This document shows, piece after piece, positions 36,601-42,102 of a stretch of 42,102 bases of DNA (its first letter is position 1; each line of letters begins with the position of its first letter). The notes beneath the pieces are model-generated. The model was given only the letters and a program-made list of their open reading frames with translations, was not told the DNA's origin and made no database searches. The stretch spans positions 1 through 42,102 of the forward strand of contig JAUCBJ010002994.1 in assembly GCA_032718475.1 (NCBI GenBank), read 5' to 3'. The position numbers and the translations under genes are program-made. The stretch is from Nemertoderma westbladi. Lineage: Eukaryota > Animalia > Xenacoelomorpha.

Positions 36601-37935
36601 TCGCAACTATTGGAACAAAGTTCGCAACTATTGGAACAAAGCTCGCAACTATTGGAACAAAGTTCGTAACTATTGTAACAAAGTTCGCAACTATTGTAAC
36701 AAAGTTCGCAACTATTGGAACAAAGTTCGCCACTATTGGAAAAAATTTCGTAACTATTTGAACAGAGTTAGCAACTATTGGAACAAAGTTCGTAACTATT
36801 GGAACAAAGTTCGCAACTATTGGAACAATGTTCGCTACAATTGGAACAAAGTTCGTAACTATTGGAACAAAGTTCGCAACTATTGGAACAAAGTTCGCAA
36901 CTATTGGAACAAAGTTCGTAACTATTGGAACAATGTTCGCAACTATTGGAACAAAGTTCGTAACTATTGGAACAAAGTTCGCAACTATTGGAACAAAGTT
37001 CGCAACTATTGGAACAAAGTTCGCAACTATTGGAACAAAGTTCGCAACTATTGGAACAAAGTTCGCAACTATTGGAACAATGTTCGTAACTATTGGAACA
37101 AAGTTCGTAACTATTGGAACAAAGTTCGCAACTATTGGAACAAAGTTCGTGACTATTAGAACAAAGTTCGCAACTATTGGAACAAAGTTCGTAACTATTG
37201 GAACAAAGTTCGCAACTATTGGAACAAAGTTCGCAACTATTGGAACAAAGTTCGCAACTATTGGAGCAAAGTTTGCAACTATTTGAACAAAGTTCGCAAC
37301 TATTGGAACAAAGTTCGTAACTATTGGAACAAAGTTTGTAACTATTGGAACAAAGTTCGCAACTATTGGAACAAAGTTCGCAACTATTGGAACAAAGTTC
37401 GCAACTATTGGAACAGAGTTCGTAACTATTGGAACAAAGTTCGCAACTATTGGAACAAAGTTCGCAACTATAGGAACAAAGTTCGCAACTATTGGAACAA
37501 AGTTCGCAACTATTGGAACAAAGTTCGCAACTATTGGAACAAAGTTCGCAACTATTGGAACAAAGTTCGCAACTATTGGAACAAAGTTCGCAACTATTGG
37601 AACAAAGTTCGCAACTATTGGAACAAAGTTGGTAACTATTGGAACAAAGTTCGCAACTACTGGAACAAAGTTCGTAACTATTGGAACAAAGTTCGCAACT
37701 ATTGGAACAAAGTTCGTAACTATTGGAACAAAGTTCGCAACTACTGGAACAAAGTTCGTAACTATTGGAACAAAGTTCGCAACTATTGGAACAAAGTTCG
37801 TAACTATTGGAACAAAGTTCGCAACTATTGGAACAAAGTTCGTAACTATTGGAACAAAGTTCGCAACTATTGGAACAAAGTTCGCAACTATTGGAACAAA
37901 GTTCGCATCTATTTTTTGAACAAAGACCCGTACAC
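33689..37935. mobile_element. Mutator-like non-autonomous element with one subterminal repeat arm massively expanded
   Basis: 9-bp TSD GCAGTGTTA (33680-33688) / GCAGTGTAA (37936-37944). Imperfect TIRs are GGGTTACGCTAACTTTGTTC and, reverse-complemented, GTGTACGGGTCTTTGTTC. Three inverted copies of the 21-mer lie at 33699-33765. Confidence 0.75.
34236..37907. repeat. 21-bp minisatellite (AACTATTGGAACAAAGTTCGC), about 175 copies, with a 1155-bp (55-unit) higher-order duplication
   Basis: Directly visible array. Rare variants recur at a 1155-bp offset (ORF starts 34763/35918 and 34824/35979). Confidence 0.97.
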
Positions 37936-38864
37936 GCAGTGTAAGCAAGGTCAGGGCTAAAAAAATATCTCAGCTGTTTTATTATCCATCCAATAATGTA
38001 GAGGTACAGTATTTAATTTGGTGATAAAAATCAACAATTTTTAGGAAAATTTGTAACCTAGAATACAGGAACCGTGACGTTCGCAATAGGTGTGTCTGTA
38101 AATCCGAGTATTTAAACGTTAATAACTCAGATGTTCATTGATAAAATCTAACCAAACTTGGTACAAATGTTCTTTAGGGAAATTTAGAAATTTTCCAATG
38201 ATAGCAACAAACGTGAGTAGTGATAGCAGAAAACAATCCGACAGATACCCAGACTAGATTTCGACAAACATGGAAACTGACATCGGAAATTAAAACCGCA
38301 GAAGCGAAACTTCCAGCTGTGTAATTCCTTGATAGCAGTCTTAAATTACTATTTTGATTATTACATATTGTCTGACAATTTTGCGCGAGAAGGTTTAAAT
38401 TCTAAACGCATTACGCATTTTACTAAGAAATATTATTTATCGTTTTAGCGACACTCAAAATGCTTCTCTTCCGTCATTTTTTAGCCAAATTGATAATAAA
38501 AACAATTGTAATTGTAAACAACTGCAAAATAGTTTTAATTTAACTTCATCTGTCTAATTACCCAAAACCAGCCACATATATAATAATAACTATATTATGA
38601 ATTTAATCAAAAATTGCAATCCCGATCCAGAAAAACGGGATCCCAAGAGTGATAATCCCGGTCCCGATCACGGAAATCCAAAAACAAATAGCTGCAGATT
38701 GCAGGTCATTCAAACACCACATTATAAATAATAATTCACACCAATCATCAGCGTAACCAACCCCAATCACCACAAGTTACTGTATAGAAAGTTGTTCAGT
38801 TTAATTCCAAAGTTGAAGATGACATGATTATTTACCCTTAACTTCAAAATAAGATAATTAATAA

Positions 38865-40541
38865 TTATTCTGCCATTATTTTCCGATATTTGAGTTGATC
38901 TTCAACCAAAGAAATGAATACTTTGTATTTCTTGGCGTGGTACTCTGCATGTACCGGTCTAGGCCTAACGACCTCTCCCGCACCGCACATAGAGGCCATG
39001 GCAACGACGATACTGGGAAAGTCACCGCAAGCGCTGGCACCAATAATAGCAGAACCTAATAAAACGGCCTCGCTCTCTCTCGGTAAGACTATAGGTATAC
39101 CCAAAACGTCTGCGTGTGTTTGTACGTATAAACGATTCTTAGACAACCCTCCACACATAAATACATCCCCAATCGTATGGCCACTATCTGTTAACGTATT
39201 CAGTATATGTTTACTTCCATAGGCTAAGGACTGTACCGTGGAAAGATATAGTAGAGATAGATTGTCCACATCGCTGGACAGAGTTAGTCCGCACACCATT
39301 CCGGTTAACGAGGGGTCCGCGATGGGAGACCTGTTGCCATGGAAGTCGGGCCACACATGTAGACCACGAGTAAGTTTCGTTGCGTCTGGATTACCAGACC
39401 GCGAGGCCATAAGGTCGAGATGGAGGTTGAGATATTTAGTAGATATTTCTGGTTGGTCAATCCGACTAGCTGGATGTATGTCTATGACGTGGTCTATCAG
39501 CTTACCGGCAGCACTCTGTCCGGGCTCGAGGGACCACAGGTTGGGGACAATGGAGGACAGGAATGGTCCCCAGACGCCCGGGACCAGTAGCGGAGTACCG
39601 CTCACAAGCATATGGCAGGTCGAGGTACCCGCGATAATCCCCATCCTATTCGCTAGCGGGGACGCATTGTTTACCGTGGACCCGTTTTCGCCAGATGTTG
39701 TCGCCCCAATAAGCCCGACCACGCCAGCGTGAGCGTCTATCAGGGACACAGCTACGGTCACCCCTTCAGGTAAACCTAAATCTACCGCCGCCTGCGCAGA
39801 CAGACCGCCCACAGCTTCCCCGGGCAACCCAACATCCGAGGGCGAACCTATCTTCCTATAATCATTCCCAGATAAGTCCTCCAAATTAATTCGTTTTAGA
39901 AATTCCTCAGGCCAGAAACCCCTTGGTTTGGTCTCATTGGCAACGTAATTACATTTACAAACTAAACTGCAAATAGATCTAGTCAGCTTCCCAGTGGCTT
40001 TAAAGGTTAAATAATCCGGAAGTTCGAATATATGTGAAACATTCTCCCAAACTCGTGGGAGATTTTCTTTCACCCAAAGTATTTTAGGATTTTGCATTTC
40101 AGGCGACACACAACCTCCAACGTACTGCAACACATCGTCTTTGGTTGCATTTATACGAGCAGCTTGATTGACAGCTCTGTGGTCCATCCACATTATGGTA
40201 TCATAACACGCAGTACTGTTGGGACAAATACTCAGGGGTGTTTCATCCCTTCCGAGGAACACGGTGGAACAGGTGGCGTCGAACCCAACGGATCGGATTC
40301 GGTGTGGTTCTATCCCGTAGATGACGGTGCGCACACAACTGGCCACTGCCTCCCATATATTACTGGACGACTGTTGATAGTAATCCGGGGCCGGATTGTG
40401 CGTATCAATTGGAGATTCTGATGTTTTTAGAATAGTCCCTGTTCCATCTACTATCGCAGATCGTACACTCCCACTACCCACATCTACACCGATATAAATA
40501 TTACTCAGCTGAGCATCAAATTTTCCCTTTGGATGTTCCAT
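38865..40541 (-). CDS. FGGY: FGGY carbohydrate kinase domain-containing protein (D-ribulokinase-like), intronless CDS
   Basis: 558 aa with family motifs IGVDVGSGSVR, GFDATCS, MWMDHRA, SPEMQ.PK, LPDYL, IDAHAG, GTSTCHM, PGVWGP, PDFHGNRSP and CGGLSKN. A possible ATTAAA polyA signal lies at 38800-38805 (minus strand). Confidence 0.95.
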   Translation of the reverse strand: MEHPKGKFDAQLSNIYIGVDVGSGSVRSAIVDGTGTILKTSESPIDTHNPAPDYYQQSSSNIWEAVASCVRTVIYGIEPHRIRSVGFDATCSTVFLGRDETPLSICPNSTACYDTIMWMDHRAVNQAARINATKDDVLQYVGGCVSPEMQNPKILWVKENLPRVWENVSHIFELPDYLTFKATGKLTRSICSLVCKCNYVANETKPRGFWPEEFLKRINLEDLSGNDYRKIGSPSDVGLPGEAVGGLSAQAAVDLGLPEGVTVAVSLIDAHAGVVGLIGATTSGENGSTVNNASPLANRMGIIAGTSTCHMLVSGTPLLVPGVWGPFLSSIVPNLWSLEPGQSAAGKLIDHVIDIHPASRIDQPEISTKYLNLHLDLMASRSGNPDATKLTRGLHVWPDFHGNRSPIADPSLTGMVCGLTLSSDVDNLSLLYLSTVQSLAYGSKHILNTLTDSGHTIGDVFMCGGLSKNRLYVQTHADVLGIPIVLPRESEAVLLGSAIIGASACGDFPSIVVAMASMCGAGEVVRPRPVHAEYHAKKYKVFISLVEDQLKYRKIMAE

Positions 40542-41084
40542 TTATAATAGAAAGCACGTACTGTCCGTCAGTCCGTGTCCACTGTCGACTGAAAAACCTA
40601 AAATCGGTGGGTTATGGCTGTATGAATTACTGCTGTACTAGATTAATAATGTACTAATTAATTAAACAAGAAAAGAAAACTATTACTGGGATAGCCATTA
40701 GCCAATCACAAGCAGCCAGTATTAAATTTAATAATAATACAGTAATAATATCAGAATATACCAGATACCGGTACTTTACTTACCGCTACCGGCTGACCGG
40801 CAGACCGGTACCACAAAAGCAGAAAAGTACCTTTTTAACAGATTTATATCGATTTTAGTAGGGCCTACGGTATAATAATTTTAAAACTAAGGATGATACG
40901 GAAAGTGTACACTTTTGGCACCCATAATTCTAAGACAGTAAGATACCGGCAACCGGTAGGGTTGGTCTTGGTACAGTACTGCAGTAGGATCTAAGGATCT
41001 TTGCTGCTTTGAACTGCTTCTATCATGCATAAGTCAGTTAGTCGTTAAAAACAGGTTTGCTCTTTGGTGAATTCAAATTTCCCG

Positions 41085-41300
41085 CTTTAATTAGGAACCG
41101 AGAGGTTCATTACTCTAAGAATTGTTGGCTGATTGACTGGCTGACTGGCTGGTTAATCTATAGCCAAAACTACTCTAACGATTTTGATGAAATTTTCACA
41201 GCGGCTGGATACCGCGATTCTAAGGTCCCTGGTATGTTCCGCTATTTCGTCCATGAGCCGTGGGCTCGAAAAATGGACATAAACGAAAAAACGCCATAGG
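41085..41300. mobile_element. Possible DINE/Helentron-like non-autonomous fragment
   Basis: A (CTGG/CTGA)n microsatellite is followed by AAAACTACT..AACGATTTTGATGAAATTT, a layout typical of such elements. The ends were not defined. Confidence 0.35.
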
Positions 41301-41917
41301 CGCAATGATAAAAACACCAGCTGGCACTCATGAAAAATGAATAGAGATAGCCTAGTAATGATATTACAATAGGAATGGCCACCTAACAAGGAAATGCTTT
41401 CTCTGCCAAGTTTTCTCCTCACTCTACAACTCAGACAGTAAGCAAACAAAAGCCGTGGTATTCTAATGTATTACATCATAAGCTGATTGCTCTCCCAATA
41501 GCCCTCACACACTCACTGAATCGAATGAAATCGAATATCTATTAGCTTAAATGCGAATAGCTGGTAAGCTGAATGCCATTTTAGTTATTGTGTACTGTTG
41601 ACTGCAGAGTTGACTGCTATGTTGTATGTATTTAATTAAAATAATTTTCGTAGAGGGAAGTTAATTTGGGATTACTTTCTATCAGATGTAAGCCAAACTG
41701 TTCAATGGGGTGGGTCATGGGACGCAAATATAGTACATTATGCATGGCAAACATTAATAAAATCATTCAGTCAACCTGGAGGGTATTTGCTTAGTTAACT
41801 CTACTGTGCGAAAAACGAATTTATAATGTTACCCATACTTCAGGTGAATGAATTTTTAGATATTTGTACTGAAGGCAACGATTTCTGATATAATTAAAAT
41901 ACAAGACAGGGGCTTGT

Positions 41918-42102
41918 TTCGATATATGTAGTTGCGCCCTTCTAGCAGCACGTGAGATTGTCAAATAATAGACACAATGTTTGACTTTGTCCCTTCGAGC
42001 AGCACGTGAGTTTTGCTTTGACCCTTCGATATATGTATTTGCGCCCTTCGAGCAGCACGTGAATTACATCAAATAATAGACACATTGTTTGACTTTGTCC
42101 CT
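41918..42102. repeat. Start of an about 107-bp tandem repeat with CCCTTCGAGCAGCACGTGA sub-repeats, running off the window
   Basis: TTCGATATATGTA at 41918 and 42025. AGCAGCACGTGA occurs three times. Confidence 0.75.

Noticed and set aside
34232-37948. 1238-aa (ANFVPIV)n ORF and the plus-strand (NYWNKVR)n and (ATIGTKF)n ORFs
   Set aside because: These are by-products of a 21-bp unit. None of the consensus minus-frame codons is a single substitution from a stop, so an open frame needs no selection. The array also lies inside a TIR element.

Overview
Repeat-rich eukaryotic (probably invertebrate animal) genomic DNA. The only clear host gene is an intronless FGGY-family carbohydrate kinase (38865-40541, minus strand). 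The centre holds a young 12.2-kb Bel/Pao LTR retrotransposon (14575-26812) with near-identical 1174-bp LTRs and a GCAGG target-site duplication (TSD). Its single open 1483-aa ORF encodes Gag and protease, but RT and most of RNase H are deleted in frame and no integrase is recognisable. It also carries duplicated hairpins with compensatory changes and a frameshifted extra ORF of unknown origin. The left edge appears to be the structured 5' end of an RTE-like LINE (minus strand), joined to a 6.6-kb 51-bp minisatellite. Other contents are several Mutator-like or other MITEs, a decayed CRE-clade non-LTR fragment nested in a TIR element, and a 32-bp minisatellite. One MITE has a 21-bp subterminal repeat expanded into a 3.7-kb array, and two unrelated MITEs share an internal core. 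The long repetitive ORFs in the ORF track are tandem-repeat artefacts. All calls come from reading the sequence by eye; no database searches were run.
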